From NCBI GenBank assembly GCA_963807605.1, contig CAWECG010000004.1:599090-663089 (forward strand): a stretch of 64,000 bases of DNA, given 5' to 3'. The first letter of the stretch is position 1; every line of letters begins with the position of its first letter. This DNA is from Candidatus Bathyarchaeota archaeon. Lineage in GTDB: Archaea > Thermoproteota > Bathyarchaeia > 40CM-2-53-6 > RBG-13-38-9. The notes under the pieces are model-generated. The model saw nothing but the letters and a program-made list of their open reading frames with translations, had not been told where the DNA came from and ran no database searches. Both the position numbers and the translations under genes were made by a program. This document shows positions 19,798 to 29,270 of this stretch, piece after piece.

Positions 19798-21196
19798 TTG
19801 ACACTCCACTGTCTAAAGATAGGGGATTCTAGCTTCTATCATGTTCATCGGTTGATGGGTCATAGCGTTGTTGCGCTCCCACCTCATTCCATCCCACTTT
19901 AGAAGGTTAGGGCGTGTCATCACCCTGTTAATGACTCCCGCAGGGAGCTTAACACCCTGAGTGAGTCCTATATTTACAACACCAATAGCATCCCTATGAG
20001 CCTCCAATCCACAGTTAAGGCATTTGAAGAGTCTACCTTTTCTCTCAATACTTTCTGACCCACATCTCACGCATCTGCTTGAAGTCTTGTATTCACTGAC
20101 TTCTTTGACCCGTATCCCATACTCCTGCGCTGTATGTTCCAGTCTTTGAATAATATAGTTGAAACTCCAGAAGTTGTGGATCATTGAATTGCTCTTCTTG
20201 CCTTTGCTATTGTCATCTCTGATGCCTGTTAGGTCTCCTATCACAATCTTTGAAACACCGAGATCATATCAGATCTCTTACCATGACCCTTATCATGGTG
20301 TTGATGGCCTGCCTGAATCTCCGTTGCCTTATACTGTAGAGTTTGCTGAGTCGCTTCGAACTCTTCTTGCCGTTGACTGCTTCAAGCATGCTCTGGCAAT
20401 CCGCTATTCTCCTATTCCAGTACCACCAATCTGCTAGGAGGTTTCTTCCATTGTATGCTATTGGTTGCCTCCATCCTTCAAGCCAGATGGTGAACAGGTT
20501 GATTACGCCGGGGTCGATGTAGCATGTCTTGGAGCCTTTCGGCTTAAACAATGGCTTTACCTTTACAGCCTGAAAGACACGCCACTTCCCATCAACCTCA
20601 TCATAGATGACCTCGGCCTTTCCCTGCTTGCCACCCCATCTTGTCTTGCCTCGGATGGGTATCTTCAACTTCTTTGGTAGCTTCATCACTTCATCCTTCA
20701 GGCTGTAGATGTCGTTTCTCAGAACCATCATCAGCCTGTAGTTTCCATGTCGCTTCCAGTATCCAGGCATACACACCTTCTCCATGTTTGGCGGAAGTTT
20801 GCCTTCTCGCTCCAGCTGCTTTAATGCAAAGAAGCCCCTCCATGACTCGTTGCTCTTCCTGATGATCTGTTGAGATGTCGCCGAATCGATTAGTGGTGTG
20901 TACTTTCGATAGAGGTCTTTGCATCTCCAATCTAGGGGTTGATAGTTCATGTATGCCTGTCTTTTGCGGTAGGTTGCCTCATTCCAAAGTTTGGCACAGT
21001 TGGTAGCTTTATCCCTCAGCATCCTCTCTTGCTCCACCGTTGGATCAAGGATGAAGGTGTTAGTTCTCCGCATGAAACTACCAGCATTATCATTGAAACA
21101 CCAAGACATTTAAGCCCCAAACGTCTCACTCTTGTCGCAATTCATCCCACCCCTGAAGGAGTGGGCTTTCTTGCTAGTTCAATGTAAGATAGTCCG
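19798..21196 (-). mobile_element. family-A IS200/IS605 tnpB element, copy A1 (gene disrupted)
   Basis: Right-end terminus TTGACACTCC at 19798. Left end ...GGGCTTTCTTGCTAGTTCAAT ending at 21196 with GTAA (TTAC) flank. Confidence 0.7.
19813..21109 (-). pseudogene. tnpB: tnpB family A, frameshifted (pieces 20264..21109 and 19813..20244)
   Basis: The two ORF pieces align to the N-terminal and C-terminal halves of the intact 415-419-aa copies. Confidence 0.7.
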
Positions 21197-21215
21197 ACAT
21201 GTAGGCTGACTGGCT

Positions 21216-21494
21216 ATGTCGGAACCCGAGATAACCACTGTAAGCAAGAAAGGGCAGGTCGTAATACCGAGGGGGATAAGGGAGAAGATGAAGCTGGTGC
21301 CGAAGACAAGACTTCTTGTATACGATTACGATGACACCTTGATTCTCAAGAAACTCATCATTCCGGACGTCGAGATCGAGATGAAGGCCTTGTGGAAAGA
21401 GATCGATAAGAGAATAGACAAGAAGCACAGACCCACCCAGAGAGAGGTAGATGAGGAGATACACGCCTACAGGAAAGAGAAGAAAGCTGAGTGA
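21216..21494 (+). CDS. AbrB/SpoVT/MazE-family antitoxin
   Basis: Swapped-hairpin motif KKGQVVIPRGIREKM. Stop overlaps the downstream PIN gene start. Confidence 0.6.
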   Translation: MSEPEITTVSKKGQVVIPRGIREKMKLVPKTRLLVYDYDDTLILKKLIIPDVEIEMKALWKEIDKRIDKKHRPTQREVDEEIHAYRKEKKAE

Positions 21495-21931
21495 GCATGC
21501 TCAGAGCGGTGCTGGACACAAATGTCTTAGTGTCGAGTCTATTAGCCCTCGGAAAGCCGAGAGAGCTCCTGACGAGAATTCTTAGGAGAGAAATGGCTCT
21601 CGTGATCTCGAAAGAGATCCTGAACGAGTTCATGAGAGTTATGAGAAGAAAGAGATTCTCAGAGTATGCTACAGAAGAGCAGGTTAGGAGATTTGTTGAA
21701 AACGTCAAGAAATCCGCTGAGCTTGTGATGTTGAAAAACGATCTTAAAGTGATCGATGAAGATCCGAAAGACGATATCGTCATAAACACGGCATTAGATG
21801 GAAGTGCTGACCTCATAATCTCAGAAGATCATCATCTGCTCAGTCTCAGAGAATTCAAAGATATCAAGATCGTATCCGTAGACGAAGCTTTACGCATACT
21901 CAAGAAGGGCAGCCGAGCATGCAAGCCTTAG
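21491..21931 (+). CDS. PIN-domain toxin (type II TA)
   Basis: VLDTNVLVSSLL N-terminal PIN motif with downstream acidic residues (EDPKDD, SED). Confidence 0.6.
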   Translation: MSMLRAVLDTNVLVSSLLALGKPRELLTRILRREMALVISKEILNEFMRVMRRKRFSEYATEEQVRRFVENVKKSAELVMLKNDLKVIDEDPKDDIVINTALDGSADLIISEDHHLLSLREFKDIKIVSVDEALRILKKGSRACKP

Positions 21932-21953
21932 TTCCACATTTACATTGAACTAG

Positions 21954-23310
21954 CAAGAAAGCCCACTCCTTCAGGGGTGGGATGAATTGCGACCAGAGTG
22001 AGACGTTTGGGGCTTAAATGTCTGGTGTTTCAATGATAATGCTGGTAGTTTCATGCGGAGAACTAACACCTTCATCCTTGCCCCAACAATGGAGCAAGAA
22101 AGAACACAGGGATAGAGCTACCAACTGTGCTAAACTTTGGAACGAGGCAACCTACCGTAGAAGACAGGCATACATGAACTATCAACCGATAGATTGGGAG
22201 TGCAAAGACCTCTATGAAAAGTATACACCGCTAATCGATTCAGCGACATCTCAACAGATCATCAGAAAGAGCAACGAATCATGGAGGAGCTTCTTTGCCC
22301 TAAAGAAGATGGAGCGAGAAGGCAGACTGCCACTAAATATTGAGAAAGTATGTACGCCAGGGTTCTGGAAAAAAGATGGAAAATACAGGCTGATGATGGT
22401 TCTGAGAAACGACATCTACAGCCTGAAGAATGGAACGATGAAGATATCCATCCGAGGCAAACCCAGATGGGGTGGCAAGCAGGGAAAAGCCGAGGTCATC
22501 TATGATGAGGCTGATGGGAAGTGGCGTGTCTTTCAGGCAGTAAAGGTAAAGCCATTGTTTAAGCCGAAAGGCTCCAAGACATGCTACATCGACCCCGGCG
22601 TAATCAACCTGTTCACCATCTGGCTTGAAGGATGGAGGCAACCAATAGCATGCAATGGAAGAAATCTACTCTCTGATTGGCGGTACTGGAATGAAAGAAT
22701 AGCAAGTTGCCAGAGCACTCTTGAAACAATCAATGGTAAGAAAAACTCAAAGCAGCTAAGCAGATTCTACAGGATGAGACAACGGAGATTCCGACAGGCC
22801 ATCAACACTATGATAAGAAGCGTGGCCAGAGACCTCTATGATCTCGGTGTTTCAAAGATTATGATAGGAGATCTAACGGGCATAAGAGAGAACAATGGAG
22901 AGAATAGTCACAAGGTCAACTCAATGATTCATAACTTTTGGAGCTTCAACTACATTATTCAAAGACTAAAGTGTACAGCGCAGGAATATGGCATAAGAGT
23001 GAAAGAAGTCAGCGAATACAAAACTTCAAGCAGATGCATAAGATGCAGCTCAGAAAACATTGAGAGAAAAGGCAGACTCTTCAAGTGTCTAGAATGTGGA
23101 TTGGAGGCTCATAGGGATGCTATTGGTGTTGTAAATATAGGACTCACTCAGGGGGTTAAGCTCCCTGCGGGAGTGATTAACAGGGCGATGACACGCCCTA
23201 ACCTTCTAAAGTGGGATGGAATGAGGTGGGAGCGCAACAACGCTATGACCCATCAACCGATGAACATGATAGAAGCTAGAATCCCCTGTCTTTAGGCAGG
23301 GGAGTGTCAA
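21954..23310 (+). mobile_element. family-A tnpB element, copy A2
   Basis: TTAC at 21950-21953 followed by left end ATTGAACTAGCAAGAAAGCCCACTCC. Right end ...GGCAGGGGAGTGTCAA ends at 23310. Confidence 0.7.
22018..23295 (+). CDS. tnpB: TnpB family A; N-terminal ~35 residues in a shifted frame relative to other copies
   Basis: From RATNCAKLWNEATY onward it is collinear with the other copies. The canonical MRRTNTFIL start (atgcggagaac at 22053) is out of frame because of small indels. Confidence 0.7.
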   Translation: MSGVSMIMLVVSCGELTPSSLPQQWSKKEHRDRATNCAKLWNEATYRRRQAYMNYQPIDWECKDLYEKYTPLIDSATSQQIIRKSNESWRSFFALKKMEREGRLPLNIEKVCTPGFWKKDGKYRLMMVLRNDIYSLKNGTMKISIRGKPRWGGKQGKAEVIYDEADGKWRVFQAVKVKPLFKPKGSKTCYIDPGVINLFTIWLEGWRQPIACNGRNLLSDWRYWNERIASCQSTLETINGKKNSKQLSRFYRMRQRRFRQAINTMIRSVARDLYDLGVSKIMIGDLTGIRENNGENSHKVNSMIHNFWSFNYIIQRLKCTAQEYGIRVKEVSEYKTSSRCIRCSSENIERKGRLFKCLECGLEAHRDAIGVVNIGLTQGVKLPAGVINRAMTRPNLLKWDGMRWERNNAMTHQPMNMIEARIPCL

Positions 23311-23330
23311 AGGTTTTACTCTTCAAGGAT
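23150..23330 (+). ncRNA. predicted omegaRNA (right-end RNA) of copy A2, including ~16-20 nt guide after GAGTGTCAA
   Basis: By analogy with characterised TnpB systems, the omegaRNA derives from the 3' end of tnpB plus the right end. The conserved terminus here is ATAGAAGCTAGAATCCCCTGTCTTTAGGCAGGGGAGTGTCAA. Not independently verified. Confidence 0.3.
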
Positions 23331-23533
23331 CAGATGCAGATCCTGTTCGCGACGTCAGCCGATTCATGAAGAAACCTCATACCGAACGTATCACATCTAA
23401 TTCATCAAACTCCCAATATTCACCCCTGCGATCTCCAATGCGGCCTTAGCATCTTGTAGGTGTCATAGAAAGAGGAGCTTCTTTCCATACTCATTCATCG
23501 GTGGCTATTGGACTTTGATCACAAGTACTGTAG

Positions 23534-24490
23534 ATGGACACCTCCTGTAGACTACCTCACAGACCTCAAACCGACCAACTATTTTTCAATCAGGTCTACA
23601 GTACTGAGATCTTCGAACGTCCAATCGACCTATGGTGGAATTTAATAGGGGCATGGTTTCGATCTTTTGGAGGCTTTTGTCTTTCAAGCATGCACTTCAA
23701 GGGGATCTTGACTTCAATGGATGAATCATACGCACTTGAGGCTGAGTCGGTCTCGAAGTCCTTCGGCACCGTGAAGGCTGTTGACAGCGTAGATCTACAT
23801 ATCCGTAGAGGCGAAGTCTATGGGCTGCTTGGGCCGAATGGCTCTGGTAAATCCACCTTGATGAAGATGAGTCTAGGACTGTTGAAACCTGATGCCGGCT
23901 CAGTTAAGGTTTATGGAATCGATGTTCAGGAGGATCCTCTGCGGGCTAAACAAATCACTGGTTACGTGCCCGAATCTCCTCGCCTTTACGACTTCCTGAC
24001 AGCCCTTGAATATCTAGACTTTGTCGCAGACATTCGCCAGATGAACTCTCAAGTCAAAGTAGAGCGGGTGAACGAGTTTCTCAGGGCGTTCGAACTTGAA
24101 GGACGGGAGAATGAGATGCTCAGCGGTTACTCGCAGGGGATGAGGCAAAAGGTAGTGATAACCGCCGCGTTACTTCACAGACCCAAACTGTTGATCTTGG
24201 ATGAACCACTGAACGGACTGGACCCGAGATCTGCTCGAATAGTCAAGGATCTGATCTATAAACTTGCGAAGGAAGGAGTCACAGCAGTATTCAGCACCCA
24301 CATCTTAGAGATAGCTGAGGCCGTATGCGACCGCATAGCGATAATGTTCAGGGGAAAGGTGCTCGCTGAAGGCACGCCGACTGAGCTTCGCAAGCAGGCG
24401 GGTATGCCGGGCTCAACCTTGGAGGAACTCTTCCTGAAACTAACAGGGACAGGAGACGTAAGAGAGATAGTTGAGGCTTTGCTGAAGTGA
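23534..24490 (+). CDS. ABC transporter ATP-binding protein
   Basis: Walker A GPNGSGKST, signature YSQGMRQKV, Walker B LILDEP. True start probably an internal Met near 23717. Confidence 0.75.
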   Translation: MDTSCRLPHRPQTDQLFFNQVYSTEIFERPIDLWWNLIGAWFRSFGGFCLSSMHFKGILTSMDESYALEAESVSKSFGTVKAVDSVDLHIRRGEVYGLLGPNGSGKSTLMKMSLGLLKPDAGSVKVYGIDVQEDPLRAKQITGYVPESPRLYDFLTALEYLDFVADIRQMNSQVKVERVNEFLRAFELEGRENEMLSGYSQGMRQKVVITAALLHRPKLLILDEPLNGLDPRSARIVKDLIYKLAKEGVTAVFSTHILEIAEAVCDRIAIMFRGKVLAEGTPTELRKQAGMPGSTLEELFLKLTGTGDVREIVEALLK

Positions 24491-26118
24491 ACCTCAAGAC
24501 AGTCCACAGTCTGGCACTGGTGTTAATTGTTTCTCAGTTGCGGGCGACTCGCCGAACGAGTAACAGATTAGGCGCTCTCAGAAGGCCATCCGCAGTACTC
24601 CTCATAGATGGCCTAGCCTTCCTAGGCGCTTATATGCTGACTCAAAGGCTCACTCCGATAGTCACTAACGGTTCGCACTTGGCTGTCCAGGTCAACGTCG
24701 ACCTACCCATGTTCCTGATTTTTGTGGTGATGCTGTCGGGATTGTTGTGGGAGATCAGCTACTCATTCGCTTTTACATCGACCGACATGGTCAACTATCT
24801 GCCCATCTCTGCAGCAGAGTACGTCTTAGCATCTTCAGTCTCTACTGTCTTCTCATACTCTATCTTTCTGGCTGGCGGTTTGGGAGTCGCGCTCTCTCTT
24901 GCGCAGCAGTTCGGTCTCCTCCGCTTATGGTTTGTGACAGCTGCAATGAGCTTAGTCGCGGTATTCATAGGCGCCTTTGGCGTTGAGATGATGAGGTCGT
25001 TTACGAATAGGGCCTCTTCTTTATTCTACAGACGCAGCGGGAGACCAGTTTTGATATTGAGAACAATAGTTCTCATAGCGGCTATAGTATCCTTTCAGCT
25101 GGCCTTCAATCCGAGATTCGTAATCATTATTCTCGGAGGCGTGACAGCGGGGGCGCAGGCAGCCTGGTATTTCCCCCTGGTGTGGCCGTCACTGACCGTA
25201 GTTCAACTTCTCGGAGCAAAATGGGTCTCCTCTTCTCTTTACGCTGTACTCAGTTTGGCCCTCACATCCAGCTTCTACTTGGCCGCCACCAAGCTGCGAC
25301 AGATTTACTGGATGACAACCCCAGTATCGGTCAGACTCCCTGCAGGCGCATATACTTCCAAAACTGGACTTCTGAGGAGACTCGGTTTGGATGATGCTGA
25401 GAGTGCGATTGTCAGGAAGGATTTCAGATCACTCACCCGTCGCAGAGAGATGGCCAGATTCCTAGCCCTTCCAGTTCTAATAGTCATCTCAATGCTGATT
25501 CCCTCATTAATGTCAACCGAAGAGCAGCCACCCCTATTCTCAAACGTCATCTCCTGGGCCTTCCCGCTAATGCTCGGCATCATATCTTTCGCCCTGCTTA
25601 ATTCGATGATAAGCATTGGACAAGAGGGACATTCGATCTGGAGCCTCTACGCGGCCCCGATATCCCCTAGAGAGTTAGTCCGGGCCAAAGTAGGCGCAAA
25701 TTTAATCCTGACCTTACCTGTAGCCGGAGCGTTCTGGCTTGGCGTAACCCTACTTGGACATCAAAGCCTCAAAACATCCACAGCTTTCCTTCTAATCCTG
25801 ATCGCAACCAGCCTCGTTGAATCCCTTGTGGGCGTCATGGTTGGTTTGAGGTTTCCAGACTTCAATGAGACCATAAGAAGCCGCTTCATCCGGATCCCTG
25901 GTATGCTACTTGGCATGTTGATTGGCGCAATCGCTGAAGGCATCCTACTCGTACCCTATGGGTTCTACCTCTTTCTCGAAGTAACATCAATGAACAGAGA
26001 TGCTTACTTCATTCTCGCCTCTCTAGTCACCGTCGGCCTCGCGACACTGACCTCAAATATTGCCTATCGATATTGCCTGTCCAGAGCCAAAAGACTCCTT
26101 CAAGAAATACCCGTTTAA
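24487..26118 (+). CDS. ABC transporter permease, large polytopic
   Basis: More than 10 hydrophobic helices. 4-nt overlap with the upstream ATPase gene. Confidence 0.5.
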   Translation: MNLKTVHSLALVLIVSQLRATRRTSNRLGALRRPSAVLLIDGLAFLGAYMLTQRLTPIVTNGSHLAVQVNVDLPMFLIFVVMLSGLLWEISYSFAFTSTDMVNYLPISAAEYVLASSVSTVFSYSIFLAGGLGVALSLAQQFGLLRLWFVTAAMSLVAVFIGAFGVEMMRSFTNRASSLFYRRSGRPVLILRTIVLIAAIVSFQLAFNPRFVIIILGGVTAGAQAAWYFPLVWPSLTVVQLLGAKWVSSSLYAVLSLALTSSFYLAATKLRQIYWMTTPVSVRLPAGAYTSKTGLLRRLGLDDAESAIVRKDFRSLTRRREMARFLALPVLIVISMLIPSLMSTEEQPPLFSNVISWAFPLMLGIISFALLNSMISIGQEGHSIWSLYAAPISPRELVRAKVGANLILTLPVAGAFWLGVTLLGHQSLKTSTAFLLILIATSLVESLVGVMVGLRFPDFNETIRSRFIRIPGMLLGMLIGAIAEGILLVPYGFYLFLEVTSMNRDAYFILASLVTVGLATLTSNIAYRYCLSRAKRLLQEIPV

Positions 26119-26302
26119 TTGCAGAGTTATCCGAATAGTCATCGGGCTTGTTGACATGAAAAGGAAGATAGATACAATTGAGAGGAGAATACGGTGAGAT
26201 CGTCAAAGAACAGCCTGTATATTGCGAAGGCTTCAGCCTTTTTCGGCGCCTTCAAAAAGGAATGGAAGATAACTGGTTCAATGAGTCAACCCTTAACTGG
26301 AC

Positions 26303-26722
26303 TTGATGCGAATGGCAATTGAGCCAAGCGCGATCCGTAACAAAATTGATAGCGACAGGTTTGCAAAATTCTTGGGGATTCAGCTGCTTGAGTTGAAGGA
26401 GGGGTATAGCAAGCTCTCTATGACTCTCACGGACAAGATGCTCAATTTTCATAATGTGGGGCACGGTGGTGCGATATTCGCCCTTGCGGACGCGGCATTC
26501 GCGGCTGCAGCCAACTCGCACGGCCAAAAGGCACTAGCTCTCTGCATGAACATCAACTACTGCTCGCCGGCGAAAGAGGGGATGAAGCTTATAGCAGAGG
26601 GCTTCGAGGAGAACCTCGGCAGAAGGACAGGCCTCTATCGAATGATTGTGAGAAGCGACGAGGGGCAACTAATTGCGACATCTTATGGCACTGTCTACCG
26701 TAAGCCAGAAGAATCTATCTAG
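26303..26722 (+). CDS. PaaI/hotdog-fold thioesterase
   Basis: HNVGHGGAIFALADAAFAAAAN hotdog thioesterase signature. Confidence 0.65.
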   Translation: MMRMAIEPSAIRNKIDSDRFAKFLGIQLLELKEGYSKLSMTLTDKMLNFHNVGHGGAIFALADAAFAAAANSHGQKALALCMNINYCSPAKEGMKLIAEGFEENLGRRTGLYRMIVRSDEGQLIATSYGTVYRKPEESI

Positions 26723-26778
26723 GCAACTCAAGAAGGCAACAGCGCTGGTGAAGAGATCTTTGGCACAATCGCTTAGGT

Positions 26779-27993
26779 CTACTTACCCGGGAGACTCTCA
26801 CGGGATTTGCTAATGAATGCGACAAGAGCTATAATGCCTGCGGTGGCCGTTACAACGCTGAACTGAAAAGCCGCAGCCGGACTGATATTGCTCCATAGTG
26901 CCCCGAATGATGCATTCGCGACGAAGGCCCCTATGCCGATAATGGTATAGTAGATGGCGTAGGCGGTCCCCTTCAGGTCCGGCTTTGTGAAGTCGGGGAT
27001 TATGGCACGCTGAACAGTGTCTGAGATCGCGAGGTAGCTCCCGAAGAGGAAGGCTATTACAAATCCATATAGAGGATTTCCCATAACGAAGAAGCCTAGT
27101 GCCGACGTGAAAAGGAAGACCACGTACCCGAGGCCGAGCACGGGGATCTTTCCTACCCTGTCAGCCAATATTCCTGCCGGTACCCCAAGGATAACGGTGG
27201 CAACATTGAGGACGGCATAGACGAGCGGGATATAGTTCATCTCAATCCCTAAAGATCCGGCCTTCAAAAGAATGAATGAGAAGTCGTATGCACCTACAGA
27301 GAATACTCCTAGAGTCAGAAGCAACAAGACAAATCGCCGGTCCAGTACTTCTCTTGCATTCTTGAAGATGCTTCTCTGTCTTACCGGCCCACGATAATCA
27401 CGCACGAAGAAGACGAGTATCAACAGAGCTATTGCGGCAGGGATGAAAGAGAGCCAGAAGACTCCGCGTATGCCGATGAATGGGATAACGGCGAATGCTA
27501 CGATCGGGCCGAGGACGGCACCTACTTGGTCAAGTGACGCTTGGAGACCGAATGCTCTTCCAGATTTTGACTTGGCCACTGAGTCGCTTATCAGGGCGTC
27601 CCTGGGCGAAGTTCTGATGCCCTTTCCAGCTCTGTCTGATACTCTTACCAGCAAGGCTTGGCTCCAGGAGCTGGTTACTGCAAAGATGGGTTTGCTGATT
27701 GAGGACAATCCGTATCCGAGGAGAACAAGAGGCTTCCGTCTAGCGATCTTGTCTGTCAGCAGGCCTGAGAAGACTCTGAACAAGTAGTTAGCGGCTTCAG
27801 CAACACCCTCGATGAGTCCTAGGACTGCGGCTGAACCACCTAGGTCTTTTACGATGAAGAAAGGTAGAACGCCCAGAATCATCTCCGTTGACACGTCTGT
27901 GGAAAGGCTGACATATCCGAGTCTAACCACGTTCCGAAAGCCAAGCTCGCCCTCATGCTCGTCACTTGACTTGGACATGCTCACATCATCCAA
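26779..27993 (-). CDS. MFS transporter
   Basis: Twelve TM helices. DRxGRR-like loops (LTDKIARRKP, LADRVGK). Confidence 0.7.
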   Translation of the reverse strand: MDDVSMSKSSDEHEGELGFRNVVRLGYVSLSTDVSTEMILGVLPFFIVKDLGGSAAVLGLIEGVAEAANYLFRVFSGLLTDKIARRKPLVLLGYGLSSISKPIFAVTSSWSQALLVRVSDRAGKGIRTSPRDALISDSVAKSKSGRAFGLQASLDQVGAVLGPIVAFAVIPFIGIRGVFWLSFIPAAIALLILVFFVRDYRGPVRQRSIFKNAREVLDRRFVLLLLTLGVFSVGAYDFSFILLKAGSLGIEMNYIPLVYAVLNVATVILGVPAGILADRVGKIPVLGLGYVVFLFTSALGFFVMGNPLYGFVIAFLFGSYLAISDTVQRAIIPDFTKPDLKGTAYAIYYTIIGIGAFVANASFGALWSNISPAAAFQFSVVTATAGIIALVAFISKSRESLPGK

Positions 27994-28176
27994 TCATGTT
28001 CAGGCATTATTCCCTAATTAGACTTCATCAGATTATCGAAATGTGATTTGGTGTTTCTGAGTCTTAAGAGCTGGACCTGCGATTGCTTGTTCTGATTGGC
28101 GGAGTAAGCTATAACAGTTCGCTCTCGAATTAGTCTTAAGTCTCACGCTGTGAAGATACATAATACGGGTTAGATA

Positions 28177-29055
28177 TTGTCCCTTTCAAAAAGGTCGTAT
28201 CTGTTTGCAATATTGGTGATATTTGCTTCATCTTACTCTCAGTACTGGGTCAGGGGTCTGGGTGCGATCTCGAGCTTCTTCGTTGTTTACGGGATCCCAC
28301 TGATTATCACCGGCATTATCTTTGGTTCTGAAATTAATCAAAGAGCCTTCAAGAACACGTACAGGGCTTTGAAGTTTGGACTGGCCTCCTTTGGAGGCTT
28401 TACAATTCTGGGCACTCTTGCATCCGTTGCTATCTTCTATATGTTATTGATTCTTGATCCTTCATCTGTGAATCTCTTGAATCGACCTAACCCGGTGCTT
28501 AATATACCGCCTGGGCTTGCCTGGGTAATGATAGGGGTCTCATTCATTATTGTTGGACCGGCTGAGGAGTATATCTTCAGGGGTTTCGTTTACGGCGGCA
28601 TGCTCAACCTTTTCAAGGAACGGCATTGGCTAAGCCTCGCCTTTGCATCATCAATAATATTTGCAATTGTGCATCTGTATTATGCATTAGTGTATAGTAT
28701 TGCTTCGCTAGTCCAATTTGCTGACCTTGTAACCTTCGGCATGGCGATGGCGATCACATACTACCTCTCAGACGGAAATCTTGTCGTCCCCGCACTGATC
28801 CACGGAGCATACGACGCCACAGGATTCCTCGGTGTAGCAGTATCATCAGACCTAGGACTCTTCTTCAGAGGAATGTTGGTTTTGACTGGAATAATCGTCG
28901 GCTTGGGCCTCTTCTTCCAGAATATCCTCAGAAGGAGAGAACAAACCCGAGACATTTCAACCTATACAGGCATGATCTCATCACACTACCAAGTCAGCTA
29001 CCCACGTCTAAAGGCGTGGGCTTGGAATGGTGATACCAACGCAAGAGTTGACTAG
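28177..29055 (+). CDS. CPBP (CAAX protease/Abi) family intramembrane metalloprotease; 3' end runs into the IS left end
   Basis: EEYIFRGF (motif 1), FAIVHLYY (motif 2), IHGAYD (motif 3). The last ~20 codons overlap the IS hairpin CCCACGTCTAAAGGCGTGGG. Confidence 0.65.
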   Translation: MSLSKRSYLFAILVIFASSYSQYWVRGLGAISSFFVVYGIPLIITGIIFGSEINQRAFKNTYRALKFGLASFGGFTILGTLASVAIFYMLLILDPSSVNLLNRPNPVLNIPPGLAWVMIGVSFIIVGPAEEYIFRGFVYGGMLNLFKERHWLSLAFASSIIFAIVHLYYALVYSIASLVQFADLVTFGMAMAITYYLSDGNLVVPALIHGAYDATGFLGVAVSSDLGLFFRGMLVLTGIIVGLGLFFQNILRRREQTRDISTYTGMISSHYQVSYPRLKAWAWNGDTNARVD

Positions 29056-29270
29056 CCTAAGTCCAACTGGGACTACGCCTTCGGAGCTAAAAGCACGTAC
29101 AGACGCCGCCCTAATCTGTACCTCTGCGGCAGAACCACTGAATGCCACAACCAGTAGCAATACTGGTTTAAGCTCTGTTGGCTTTGGCGAAGGGAAACTC
29201 GACTCTTGGCGGAGAGGGGCCGCAATCGGTAACATCCCCGTCACCTCCTCTGACGGAACACTTCTAATGC
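29015..29270 (+). ncRNA. predicted IsrB omegaRNA region (upstream of and overlapping the isrB 5' end)
   Basis: IscB/IsrB omegaRNAs are encoded directly upstream of the ORF starting at the left end. This ~250-nt segment has no convincing ORF; the leading 80 codons of the tracked 417-aa ORF are not IscB-like. Confidence 0.3.

Noticed and set aside
20159-20862. Plus-strand ORFs (20159..20437, 20465..20680, 20641..20862), with near-identical counterparts inside every family-A copy (e.g. 40281..40520, 40639..40860, 45004..45375, 45318..45533)
   Set aside because: These are antisense to tnpB. They recur only because the IS copies are near-identical, and they have no independent motif.
29027-29266. 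First 80 codons of the tracked 417-aa ORF as part of IsrB
   Set aside because: Not homologous to IscB/IsrB N-termini. IscB-family proteins begin at the PLMP motif, and this region overlaps the IS left end and the predicted omegaRNA.
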